This document shows positions 11,936 through 24,279 of a stretch of DNA of 64,000 nt, one piece after another. The notes under the pieces are model-generated. The model saw nothing but the letters and a program-made list of their open reading frames with translations, was not told the origin of the DNA and ran no database searches. The position numbers were made by a program, and so were the translations under genes. The DNA lies in NCBI GenBank assembly GCA_030390025.1, contig CM059432.1:3720001-3784000 (forward strand). The letters are read 5' to 3'. How positions within the stretch are numbered: position 1 is the first letter of the stretch; each line of letters starts with the position of its first letter. The DNA is from Squalus acanthias. Lineage: Eukaryota.

Positions 11936-12359
11936 CTTAACAGTCATGCCAAACTGAATGAAATCCCCTGCTCACCTAAAATTAGTATCAGTGACCTGAT
12001 CAATTCATGCGCCGGTGACATCCTCAGTGATATTAAACAGCTCCCCATGGCTGCTTCAAATAAGCCAGTAGTATTGAAGTTGAGTGCTGGGGTAGTTTTT
12101 ACTGCTACTGGCAGAACTGTCCAGGTTGATGAGCTTAGGTGCAGGTCTTCATGCAGAAGATGACATAGTTTTCCTATAGCCTCCTTGGTGAAACACACTC
12201 TTCTTGAATATTAAGGGAATCAAGGGATATGGGGATAGTTCAGGAAAGTGGAGTTGAGGTCGAAGATCAGCCATGATCTTATTGAATGGCGGAGCAGGCT
12301 CGAGGGGCCGTATGGCCGACTCCTGCTCCTATTTCCTATGTCCTTCTCACATTCTCTCT

Positions 12360-12677
12360 CTTTCAGATGAGACATTACACTGAGGTCCCGTCTGCTCTCT
12401 CAGGTGGACGTAAAAGATCCCATGGCACTATTTCGAAGAAAAGCAGGTGAGTTCTCCCCGCTGTCCTGGCCACGAGTTATCCCTCAACCAACATCATTCT
12501 GACGAAGGGTCCCCCGACTTGAAACATTGACTCTGTTTCTCTCTCCTCGATGCTGCCTGACCTGCTGAGTGTTTCCAGCATTTTCTGTTGTTATTTCATT
12601 TAAAAAAAAACAGGTTATTTGGTCATTTATCACATTGATGTTTGTGGGACATTGCTGTGTGCAAGTTGATTGCCATG
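12360..12677 (+). mobile_element. Deu-SINE / Penelope-tail chimera, copy 1
   Basis: SINE core runs to CAACCAACATCA, then TTCTGACGAAGGGTC...GAAAC...GATGCTGCCTGACCTGCTGAG, then the SINE resumes. Confidence 0.75.
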
Positions 12678-13174
12678 TGAGTTCCTCACTGAGGCCTTCA
12701 TAAGCAACGGGCTTGGAATGAGATGGGTGAGAATGTCAATGCCAGAAGCATTGTCCCCAGGACATGGGTGCAGTGCTAGAAGAAGTTCAACGACCTTACC
12801 AACGCAGCAAAGGTAAGAATGATGTCCTTTTATCTCTTTTTCCTGGGACACTACCTTGCCACAGCACTTTGTCACTCCCTCACCACCCCTCCCCCCAGCA
12901 CTCGTAAAGACTTCCCACCCACCATTCCGCACGCTTCTCCCCCTCATCCTAATGGGACTCTGCACCAACCCTCCTTCTCACTTTAATCACACACTCACCT
13001 GCATAAACAACAATATGCTTTTACCTGTTAACACCGAGATAACATGTCACTTTTCTGCTAACTGCTTTCACCTTTGGCACTGGAGCCACTTTCTTCTAGG
13101 TCACTACCTCCACCATCCTGCTCACACCTTTCTGCCTTTCCCTCTCAGCTTGCACACTATACGAAGTTACCTCA

Positions 13175-13246
13175 TGCATGGTGGTCTAGTGATTAGGATT
13201 CGGTGCTCTCATTGCTGAAACCCGGGTTCGATTCCCTGTCAGGGAA
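13175..13246 (+). pseudogene. tRNA-Glu(CTC) pseudogene
   Basis: 72 nt colinear with vertebrate tRNA-Glu-CTC as recalled (about 11 substitutions, broken acceptor and anticodon stems). B box GGTTCGATTCC intact, no CCA, T8 run at 13251-13258. Confidence 0.85.
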
Positions 13247-13264
13247 TTGATTTTTTTTGAAGTA

Positions 13265-15255
13265 TAGATTGAACAGGCTGAGGCTCTTTTCTCTAGAAAT
13301 AGAGAAGACTCAGGTTTGACCTGAAAGAGGTCTTTAAGAATATGAAAGGGTTTGATAGAGAAGATGTTCCCACTTGTGGGCGAGACCAGAACTAGGGGCC
13401 ATAAATATAAGATAGTCACTAATAAATCCAACGGGGAATTCAGGAGAAACTTCTTTTCGAAGAGAGTGCTTAGAATGAGGAACTCGATACTACAGGGAGT
13501 AGTTAAGGTGAATAGCAGAGACGCATTTAAGGGGAAGATAGATAAGTGCATGAGGGAGAAAGGAATAGAAGGATCTGCTGGTGGGGTGAGATGAGAGGGG
13601 TGGGAGGAGACTCGTGTGGAGCAGAAACACCGGCACGGAGCAGGTGGACTGAATGGACTGTTTCTGTGCTGTAAATTCGATGTAAATCTGTACAACCCTT
13701 CACAAAACTCACGTCCACTCTTCCTGTAGGACAAGCTGGCTCACAACACAAGGGAGAGCACCAGATCTGGGGGACAGGGCCAGCTTTCATACAAGTCCTC
13801 GCTCAGATGGAAGAGGAAGCTGTAGAGATCAAACCTGTATCAAACCTTGGTTAGATCACACTTGGTGTATTACATACAGTTCTGGTCGCCATATTATAAA
13901 AAGGATATAGAGACACCGGAGAGGGTGCAGAGAAGATTTACAAGGATGATACCAGAAATGCGAGGGTATACATATCAGGAAAGGATGCACAGGCTGGGTC
14001 TCTTTTTTCTAACTCGCAACAAGCCCTGCAAGTTTATTTCCCTCAAGTGCCGCTCCAGTCTCCCCTTGAAAACATTGAGTGTCTCCGCTTCCACCACTTC
14101 CGTCAGCAGCGAGTTCCAGGTCCTCACCACTCGCTGCATAAGAAAGTTATTCCTCACATCCTCCCTGTATCTCTTGCCCAAAACCGTAAATCTGTGCCCC
14201 CTAGTCCTTGTACCATCAACTAGTGGGAACAGCCTTTCCCGTCTAGCCTATCCAAACTCGTCATAATCTTGTACACCTCTATCAAATCACCCCTCAACCT
14301 CCTTTGCTCTAATGGAAACAAATCCAGCTTCTCCAACCTGTCCTTGTAGCTCAGATCCCCCATCCCCGGAACCATTTTGGTAGAGCACGTTCGATAATTC
14401 GTATTGTTACATGGGGACAAGTTGTTCTGATTGAAATAAGTGAAACCAATCCAAACTGCTGTAGTTTGAATTGCTGTGAAATAAAGCAGCTTAATGATTT
14501 GTATCCGGCTTCATCTCCCCAAATGCTTCCTCAGTCTGTCTTCAGAGAGCATGTGTATTCAGTTCAGATCAGAAGGGATTACTCTAGTTGCGCTCCTGGT
14601 TAAAGCTCTATTGATCGAGGCTGTGAACAGCCAAGGTAGTTCCTAAACGACTTGAACTAATCTGTAGCCATCTAAAGTATGCTATGATTCCAGTTACAGA
14701 GGCTGTGCCTGTGCCCTCTTGAATCACTGTAGACAGCTGCCTTGATGCGAAGTCAATAGAAAGGATGTCAAGGCCTTGGAGAGAGGGTGCAGAGGAGATT
14801 TACCGGGGATGAGGGACTTCAGTTAGGTGGAGAGGCTGGAGAAGCTGGGATTGTTCTCCTTTGAGCAGAGAAGGTTAAGGGGAGATTTAATAGAGGCGTT
14901 CAAAATTATGAGGGGTTTTGATGGAGTAAGTAAGGAGAAACTGTTTTCCAGTGGCAGGAGGGTCGGTAACCAGAGGACACAGATTGAAGATAATTGGCAA
15001 AAGAACCAGAGAGGGAGATGAGGAAACATTTTTTTACTCAGAGAATTGTGATGATCTGGAATGCGCTGCCTGAAAGGGCGGTGGAGGCAAATTCAACAGT
15101 CACTTTCAAAAAGGAATTGGATAAATATTTGAAAAGGAAAAATTTGCAGGGCTATGGGGTAAGAGCGGAGGGGGAGTGGGACTAATTGGAGAGCTCTTTC
15201 AAAGAGCCGGCACAGGCACGATGGGCCGAATGGCCTCCTCCTGTGCTGTATGGGT
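13265..15255. mobile_element. Cluster of CR1 fragments (13265-13690 +, 13830-14005 +, 14015-14385 -, 14757-15255 +)
   Basis: LEKLGLFS.EQRRLRGDLIE and RTRGH..K CR1 ORF2 C-terminal motifs. Confidence 0.82.
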
Positions 15256-15539
15256 TTATAAGCGCTGCTAGTGCAATTCTGAACTTACTAAATCACGCTG
15301 TAACAGTAAAGTCATCCACCTTGGGGTATATATTTTTTGGATAGCTTTGCGCCTTCATTCTGGTACCGTCCTGTCAAGGTTTGTGTTCGGTGAGTGGTGA
15401 GAATCTAATCACTCTTCTGGCTTGAGCCTTGTCGATGGTCGAGGCTTTGAGGGAGGAGGAGGCGAGCCACTCGTCACAGTTACCCAGCCTCTGCCAAGCC
15501 TCTTGTCACCATGGTGTTGAAATAGCTGGTCCAGTTGCT

Positions 15540-17260
15540 GCAACAACAACAACTTACATTTATATAGCACCTTTAACATTATAAAACATCCCAAGGCGCT
15601 TCACAGGAGTGTTATCAACAAAATTTGTCAATGAGCCACATAAGGACATATATGGGGAGGTGACCAAAAGCCTCGTCAAAGAGGTTGGTTTTCCCTCAAT
15701 GCAGCACTGCACAATCGGAGGTGCCGTCTTTCGGATGAGACGTTAAACCGAGGCCCCGTCTGTTCTCTCAGGTGGATGCAAAAGATCACATGGCACTTTT
15801 TCGAAGAAGAGCAGGGGAGTTCTCCCCGATGTCCTGGGCCAAATATTTATCCCTCAATCAACATCACAAAAAAAAAAGATTATCTGTTCATGATCACATT
15901 GCTGTTTGTGGGAGCTTGCTGTGCGCAAATTGACTGCATTACAACAGTGATTACACTCCAAAAAGTACTTCATTGGCTGTAAAGCACTTTGGGACATCCT
16001 GAGGTCATGAAAAAGGTGCTATAGAAATGCAAGTCTTTCTTTCTTCTTTCTTCTTAAGGAGATATTAGGACAGATGACCAACAGCTTGGTCAAAGATGTA
16101 GGTTTTAAACAGCGTCTTAATGGAGGAGAGAGAGCTGGAGAGGTTTAGGGAGGGAATTCCAGAGCTTAGGCCCAGGCAGCTGAAGGCACGGCCGCCAATG
16201 ATGCAAATCGGGGATGCGCAAGAGGCCAGAATTGGAGGATCGCAGAGATCTTGGAGGGTTGTGGGGCTGGAGGGGATTACAGAGATAGCGAAGGGCGAGG
16301 CCATGGAGGGGATTTGAAAACAAGGATGAAAATGTTAAAATTGAGGCGTTGCCAGACTGGGAGCCAATGTAGGTCAGCGAGCACAGGGGGTGATGGGTGA
16401 ACGGGACTTGTTGCGAGTTAGGACACGGGGCAGCCGAGTTTTGTATGGACTGAAGTTTACGGAGGGTGGAAAATGGGAGCTCGGCCAGGAGAGCATTGGA
16501 ATAGTTGAGTCTGGAGGTAACGAAGACATGGTTCAGGGCTTCAGCACCAGATGAGCGGAGGCAGGGGCGGAGATAGGCGATGTCACGGAGGCGGAAGTAG
16601 CTCAGAAAACACTCCAGAACATTGCTGTTAACCTGCAAGTTGGACATCCAGAGCACCAGGAACTGTCTTGCTGGTGAGTGGTTCCTGTTTGAGGTTGCTT
16701 ACGTACTGAAACATTGGATTCCGAAAAGGAAAACTAAATTTGAAAGGCAACCTTGTCTGATATTCAGATTTAGATTTCATAGAGCAGCAGATTTGATGGT
16801 TTGAGCCAAACACTCCAGAGGAGAAAGGGTTAGCTGATTGCGCGATGGTTCTCCTTCTACATTGTTCAGGTCCAACAATGAGTGTCACGGCAAGTGCCCA
16901 TTACGATATAACTAGACTGGATCATTCATCTCTCTAGACTGAGGAGAATAGCATTGATAGAGGAAAGTAGACAGCCGTCCAATTCTGGCCTCTTGCGCAT
17001 TCCCGATTTCCATCGCCCCTCCATTGGCGGCCGTGCCTTCAGCTGCCTGGGCCCTAAGCTCTGAAATTCCCTCGCTAAACCTCTCCTTCTCTCTCTCCTT
17101 CTTTGACGCTCCTTAAAACCTACCTCTTTGACCAAGCCTTTAGTCACTTGTCCTAATGTCTCCTTATGTGGTTCGGCATCAATTATGCTTTTGTGATACA
17201 CGGTGGGAGGGGGTCCGCTTTACTATGTCAAAGGCGCTATATAAATGCAAGTTGTGGTTA
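15540..17260. mobile_element. L2 fragments (15540-15690 -, 16056-16600 -, 16980-17260 +) and a Deu-SINE (15700-16045 +)
   Basis: Same L2 and SINE sequences as elsewhere in the window. Confidence 0.78.
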
Positions 17261-17297
17261 GATAGTTTGAGCTAGCAGTAAATGAACCTTAGCTCTG

Positions 17298-19704
17298 AAG
17301 CCTGTGCTTTATCTCCTTACTCCCCCATCTCAATGAATTTAGAGCTCGGCACGACGCTGAGCTCTTTTCCGGTCGCCTTTCTCTCTATGCTCACTTCTTT
17401 GGCCAGGAGTCTTCCCACCCCCCCACTGCACAGCTGACCCTTTCTCCCGTTTTTAGAATACCTGGACCCCTCCCTCTGGCCTCTTACCTGCTCTAGATCT
17501 TTTCATTGCAAACTGCCGGCGTGACATTGGCCGTCTCAATTTCTCTGTTCCCCTTACCCACTCCAACCTACCTCCCTCTGAACTTGCAGCACTCCATTCT
17601 CTCAGATCTAACCCCGACATTGTCATTAAACCTGCTGACAAGGGTGGTGCTGTTGTTGTTTGGCGAACCGACCTCTACCTAGTGGAGGCTGAACGCCAAC
17701 TCTCTGACACCTCCTCCTACCTCCCCCTGGACCATGACCCCACTACCGAACATCAAGCCACCATTTCCAAGACTGTCACTGACCTCATCTCCTCTGGAGA
17801 TCTTCTCTCCACAGTCGCCAACCTCATAGTTCCCCAACCCTGCACAGCCCGCTTCTACCTCCTTCCCAAGATCCACAAACAGGACTGCCCTGGTAGACCC
17901 ATTGTTTCAGCCTGTTCTTGCCCCACGGAACTTATCTCTTCCTATCTTGACTCTCTTTTCTCCCCTTGTCCAGTCTCTTCCCACCTACATCCGCGACTCT
18001 TCCGATGCCCTCCGCCACTTTAACGGTTTCCAGTTTCCTGGCCCCAACCGCCTCCTTTTCACTATGGACGTCCAATCCCTCTACACCTCCATCCCCCACC
18101 AGGATGGCCTGAGGGCGCTCCGCTTCTTCCTTGAACAGAGGCCCAACCAGTCCCCATCCACCACCACCCTCCTCCGCTTGACTGAACTTGGTCTCACTTT
18201 GAACAACTGCTCCTTTGACTCCACTCATTTCCTCCAAATCAAAGGTGTTGCTATGGGAACCTGCATTGATCCTAGCTATGCCTGCCTTTTTGTGGGATAT
18301 GTGGAACATTCCTTGTTCCAGTCCTACTCAGGTCCCCTCCCTCACCTCTTTTTCCAGTACATTGATGACTGTATCTGTGCCGTTTCCTGCTCTCGCCCTG
18401 AACTAGAAAATTTCATTCACTTTGCTTCCAATTTCCACCCTTCCCTCACCTTCACATGGTCCATCTCCGACTCTTCCCTCCCCTTCCTCGACTTCTCTGT
18501 CTCCATCTCTGGCGATAGGCTATTTGCAAACATTCACTATAAGCCCACTGACTCCCACAACTACCTGGACTACACTATCTCCCACCCCGCTTCCTGTAAG
18601 GACTCTATTCCATTCTCCAAGTTTTTCCGTCTCTGCCGCATCTGCTCTGACGATGCCACCTTCCATACTAGTGCTTCTGACATATCTTCCTTTTTCCTCA
18701 ACCGAGGATTCCCCTCTACCGTGGTTGATGGGGCCCTCGACCGTGTCCGTTCTATTTCCTGCACTTCTGCTCTCAACCCTTCCCCTCCCTCCCAGAACCA
18801 CGATAGGGTTCCCCTTGTCCTCACCTTTCACCCCACCAGCCTCCACATTCAATGGATCATCCTCTGCCATTTCCGCCACCTCCAGCATGATCCCACCACC
18901 AAACACATCTTCCCCTCACCTCCCCTTTCAGCATTCCGAAGGAACCGCTCCCTCCCCGACACCTTGGTCCACTCCTCTATCACCCCCAACACCCCTTCCC
19001 CTTCGCCCGGCACCTTCCCGTGCAAGCGCAGGAGATGCAACACCTGCCCTTTTACCTCCTCCCTTCCCACTGTCCAGGGCCCCAAACACTCCTTCCAGGT
19101 GAAACAGCGATTTACTTGTACTTCTTGCAATTTAGTATACTGTATTCGCTGCTGACGATGCGGTCTCCTCTACATTGGGGAGACCAAATGCAGCTTGGGT
19201 AACCGCTTTGCGGAACACCTCCATTCAGTCCATAAGGGTGACCCCGAGCTTCCGGTCACCTGTCACTTTAATTCACCGCTCCACTCCCACTCAGACCTCT
19301 CCATCCTCGGCCTCCTACACTGTTCCAATGAAGCTCAACGTAAGCTCGAGGAACAGCACCTCATCTTTCGATTAGGCACTTTACAGCCTTCTGGACTCAA
19401 CATCGAGTTCAACAATTTCAGACCATAACCTCTGCCCCTATCATTTTTCTCTCTCTCACATGGCAGCTGTCGATCATTCTGCCAGTGCCATTTACACTTC
19501 ATCTAGAGCCATCTTTTGTTTCTTAACTTGTCCCATTACCATCTCCTTTTGCCTCGCACCATCATCCCTTTTGTCTCTTAATCTCTCCGGCCTTCCACCC
19601 TATCACAGACCTTCCCTTTTGTTCTTTCCTCCCCTCCCCCCGTCCCTACACTTGCTTAAAAACCTGTTCCATCTCCAACTTTTGCCAGTTCTGACGGAGG
19701 GTCA
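17298..19704 (+). mobile_element. Penelope-like element (probably Neptune-type), 5'-truncated, RT + GIY-YIG pseudogene
   Basis: IKPADKGGAVV, FYLLPKIHK..PGRPIVS, MDVQSLYTSIP, GVAMGT, YIDD, Cys linker (PCKRRRCNTC), VYCIRC..CGLLYIGET, HFN, GLN. Frameshift near 17960 and stop at 19153. Confidence 0.93.
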
Positions 19705-19836
19705 TAGAAAAATAGGTGCAGGAGTCGGCCATTCGAGCCTGCTCCGCCATTCAATATGATCATGAGTGATCCTCTATCTCAATACCATATTCCCGCTCTC
19801 TCCCCATACCCCTTGATGTCTTGATGTCATCATCCC

Positions 19837-20110
19837 TTTCAGATGAGACAGTACACCAAGGCCCGGTCTGCCCTCGCAGGTGGACGTAAAAGATCCCATG
19901 GCACTATTTCAAAGAAAAAGTAGGGGAGTTCTCCCTGCTGTCCTGGCCATGAGCTATCCCTCAACCAACATCATTGTGAGGAAGGGACCCCCGACTCGAA
20001 ACGTTGACTCTGTTTCTCTCTCCACGGATGCTGCCTGACCTGCTGAGTGTCTCCAGCATTTGCTGTTTTTATTTCAGATTTCCAGCATCCGCAATATTTT
20101 GCTTTTTGTG
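19837..20110 (+). mobile_element. Deu-SINE / Penelope-tail chimera, copy 2
   Basis: Same start (TTTCAGATGAGAC), same junction (CAACCAACATCA then TT.TGA.GAAGGG) and shared variants with 12360-12600. Confidence 0.75.
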
Positions 20111-21684
20111 TTGTTGGGATTGGAGCCTGCTGCGATATCGAAGGCTGGGAAACGGATCACACGGACACCAGCCTTCGCTGACTGGAGCCTGGTTCCACCG
20201 GCTGCAGTAAGCCCGCGGTACTCCAAGTGTTATTTCTGTTGCTGGAGTTTTTGCGGGCTCAGTTTGCATATGTGTGTGTGTTTGTTTCGAATTCCTGAGG
20301 CTGCGACACATTTCTCAACGGAGACGCCACTCCATGAGCTTGCTAACAGCACGGATGTGGAGCTGAATGCAAATTACATTCTCAGCGATAAATTCTTCAT
20401 CTGCTTGCGAAGATTATATTACGGCTATGCAAGGCATTCCTAACACTCAAGAAAACCTATTTGGTGCATCGCCTCCACTTGTTAAAATCTGTAATGGGTT
20501 CGGGCAGACGAGTGAGCGTCAACCTGGTGGAAATCGAGGACTGGATCTCTCTATAAATTACAGTAGAACTAAGTAAACAATGCCTACATTTATTGGCCAA
20601 CGGCATGCTACTTACAGCTTTATAATTGAGGGTGATTATGGTTAATGACACCAATAATGTGCACTTTCTTTCCAGCAGGACAGCGTAATTTGTATAAAGC
20701 CAATTCAGTATCTCTGCAGGCACTTTGCCCATTACACTCGGTGCTGTGTTAGTTCTGTGCAGGAAGCAATCGGAAGCAAATGCTTGCAGCTGGCTTAACT
20801 GATTTCATGCCTGTTATATATCGGGAAACAAAACCCCTACAGTATTCATCGGATCTTGATTGTCCCTGGCTTACCCTATTTGGCGAATTACTCGTTCAAT
20901 ATATTTGACACAGTAAGCATGAGTCGGGCTTTAAGCAATAAAAACTTGCTGGTTTAGACTTCCTTATTTGCGTTCAAAGCAACATATTGTGCATCTGCAT
21001 CTGTAGAAGAATCCCCCGAGCTCCTTTTAATATATCTCGGGTATCTCGTACAGCCCTTAATAATTAGGACGATTTGTTAGCCGGCTTAATTAAGATTTTA
21101 ATTGCCTCCTCATTCAACATTCAGCCACTGAGAGCCTGACAGAGGCAACAGCTCAAGGTTGAAGGGAAACGGACAGTAAGCAGACGAGAGAATGAAGTCA
21201 GAAGCGAACTGGGAAAGCATATGCTCTGGGAAGCTGTTTATACCAGACCTGCCTCCAGTAGAATGTCTCTGTCCTTTCTATATTTATGCAAATTCTTTGG
21301 GTAATAGAAGGCTGAATGTCACAGGGCATTCCGGTAACAGTTGTGGTGTTGTTCTTACCGATGTACACAGGCTCTTATTGAAAGATGGCACTGGACAATG
21401 CATTTTTTTGTTTTGCACCACTTCGGTTCCCAGCAAGGGGCTAAAATCATCCTAGGTCAGCGAGTGCATAGGTCAACTGCAATTTAAAGCTTCGCATACA
21501 CGGGGCAAGCGCATTGGGGGGGAAATTACTATCTGAAGAACGGACCACAACATCATTATGGACAGGAACTGAAGGAAGCCCTTTCGCTATTTTTCTTTGG
21601 GGCTTTTCTTCTGAAAGTATTTGCAAAATATTTCAAGGGTCAGCATTGCCTTATTAGGAGTTATTAAACAAGTTGTATTGATGT

Positions 21685-21873
21685 GGGGGGGGGGAAACCC
21701 CACTGGACTCTACCACAAGGGTATCATGCCGGGGGGGGGGAAACCCCACTGGACTCTACCACAAGGGTATCATGCCGGGGGGGGGGGAAACCCCACTGGA
21801 CTCTACCACAAGGGTATCATGCCGGGGGGGGGGGGGGAAACCCCACTGGACTCTACCACAAGGGTATCATGCC
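21685..21873. repeat. G-run minisatellite, 4 copies of about 45-50 bp
   Basis: (G9-G14)AAACCCCACTGGACTCTACCACAAGGGTATCATGCC. Confidence 0.95.
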
Positions 21874-22238
21874 GGCTGCCCAGGATATTTTGTGCTGTAA
21901 AGAAAAACAGACTTGCATTTCTATAGCGCCTTTCACAACCTCAGGACGTCCCAAAGCACTTTACAGCCAATGAAGCACTTTGGAAGTGTGGTGGATGCTG
22001 TAATGCAGGAAATGTGGCAGCCAATCTGCTCACAGCAAGCTCCCACAAACCACGGAGTGATAATGACCGGATCATCTGTTTTTAGTGATGTTGGTTGAGG
22101 GATAAATATTGGCCAATATATTATTCCCGCAATGAGAGACCACAGAAGCAGCGAGTGAAGTAATATTTCAATCGTTTTGGACGCAGAAGATGTGTGTTGG
22201 AGGGACCATGTCTTTTTTGAATGCTGTGTTTATGGAGA

Positions 22239-22683
22239 AGTCGCACAACACCAGGTTATAGTCCAACAGTTTTATTTGAAATCACAAGCTTTCGGAGCTG
22301 CTGCCCCTTCGTCAGGTGAAGTGAAGGAATACGAATCGGCAAAGCATATATAGACAGAGAACAATGCATGTGCAGCGTACAATGTCAGACGACTACAGTT
22401 AATCTTTCTGACTGCCTTTTATCACACCTCGGCAGAGAGACAATCATGTCAGTCAGGAAGACATTATATCAAAAGATTAACTGTAGTCGTCTGACATTGT
22501 ACGCTGCACAGGCATTGTTCTCTGTCTATATATGCTTTGCCGATTCGTATTCCTTCACTTCACCTGACGAAGGGGCAGCAGCTCCGAAAGCTTGTGATTT
22601 CAAATAAAACTGTTGGACTATAACCTGGTGTTGTGCGACTTCTCACTTTTGTCCACCCCAGTCCAACACCGGCATCTCCGCAT
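22239..22683. mobile_element. Fold-back Penelope-derived element, copy 1
   Basis: 173-bp inverted arms (22235-22407 / 22472-22644, one mismatch seen); 14-bp TSD TGTGTTTATGGAGA (22225-22238, 22684-22697). Confidence 0.88.
22560..22597 (+). ncRNA. Minimal type I hammerhead ribozyme (mirror copy on - strand near 22282-22319)
   Basis: TCAC-CTGACGA-A-GGGGC agca GCTCC-GAAA-GC-TT-GTGA; stem I TCAC/GTGA; palindrome AAGCTT. Confidence 0.72.
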
Positions 22684-22719
22684 TGTGTTTATGGAGAGCA
22701 GTGACTCAGTAATCCTGCT

Positions 22720-23310
22720 CAATATTTATCCCTCAATCAACATCACCAAAAAAAAATGATTATCTGGTCATTATCACATTGTTATTTGTGGGAGCTTGCT
22801 GTGCGTAAATTGGCTGCCGCGTTTCCTACATTAAAACAGTGACTACACTTCAAAAAGTACTTCATTGGCTGTGAAGCACTTTGGGATGGTCCCGAGGCCG
22901 TGAAAGGCACTGGAGAAATGCAAGTCGTTCGAATCTGACCTCGGGTGACTGTCTGTGTGGAGTTTGCACATTCTCCCCGTGTCTGCGTGGGTTTCCTCCG
23001 GGTGCTCCGGTTTCCTCCCACTGTCCAAAAATGTGCGGGTTAGGTTGATTTGGCTATGATAAATTGACCCTTAGTGTTAGGGGGGGATTAAATATGTGGG
23101 GTTATGGGGATAGGATGGGATATGTTAGGGGGAATTAAATACGTGGGGTTACGGGGCTCGGGTGGGATATGTGTACTGTGGGGATTAAAGCAGGGACAGG
23201 GTACTGGATTTTGAATGATCAGCCATGATCATATTGAATGGTGGTGCAGGCTCGACGGGCCGAATGGCCTACTCCTGCTCCTAGATTCTATGTTTCTATG
23301 TTTCTATGTT
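22720..23310 (+). mobile_element. Deu-SINE 3' half followed by a 5'-truncated V-SINE and a CR1 tail
   Basis: V-domain from 22927; TTCTATGT tail repeats. Confidence 0.8.
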
Positions 23311-24279
23311 TTTTTAAAATCCCAGCACTAACACTTAACCACCCTTAGTTAATTGTTCTAAATAACCTGCCCCATAAGTATTCCAATTTGTGGACCTGCT
23401 CTGCAGGAAGATTTACTGCTGCCTGCTTATCATTATTGAGACCAAATGCAATGTCTAACTGATGAGAATAGAACACTTGATTTCTTGTTAAGTTATCTCA
23501 TTAATACCGTTGCCTAACCCAGGTATGTCATGGCTATAAATGGTAAGTGTCTTTACGTTGAGTATATTCAAGACAGAGATCGATAGATTTTTGAATATTA
23601 AGGGAATCGAGGGATATGGGGATAGTGCAGGAAAGTGGAGTTGAGGTAGAAGATCAGCCATGATCTTATTGAATGGCGGAGCAGGCTCGAGGGGCCGAAT
23701 GGCCGACTCCTGCTCCTAATTCTTATGTTATGTTCTTTACAGATAACACTTGGTCCATGTGATCTCCTGGCTGGGCTTTTTTCTATTTATATTTTGCTTC
23801 TCGCAGATTACGTGGCTGCGCTGATGGTGGGGCACGGTTACTTTGCTCACATCCTTTCATCTCCCCGACACATTTGCTTCCTCTCTCCCACTGAAAAAAA
23901 AATTCAATTTTCTCCACCCCCGGAGTTGCCCACGTTGCACGATGGAAGTGGCTATTATTAGCGATCGACAACTCTGAATAATGACATTGTATCTTTCTCT
24001 GGGTTACCATTTCCTCCATTTGCTAAATTTAATGAATAAATAGATGTTAGTACAAAGCAAAGGTTCCTCTGGATACTCACGACTGCCTCATTCACTAAAA
24101 TAAGCAAATAAAAGAAAGTATAGCCTTGCCTCTCCTTGCAAAAACATTCCGTTCCCTGAAAACATTCTGTTATCTCTTTCTCTCTCTTCCTGTCTCCCTA
24201 TATATCAAATACCAGACCAGCTCATTCATGTCATCAACAGGCTGACTAACTTTGATAGTTTATCGTACTATTTTCTTTC

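Larger units (their letters stand above)
11944..13830. mobile_element. Third, heavily eroded Harbinger remnant
   Basis: Transposase piece on - (11944-12198: FTKEAIGKLCHLL...PVAVKTTPALNF). Myb exon pieces on + (12714-12812 WNEM...PRTWVQC*KKFNDL then GTAAG; from 13730 DKLAHNTRESTRSGG). Confidence 0.72.

Noticed and set aside
16600..16700. Host exon ending at GTGAGT (16674)
   Set aside because: No convincing acceptor and no recognisable peptide.
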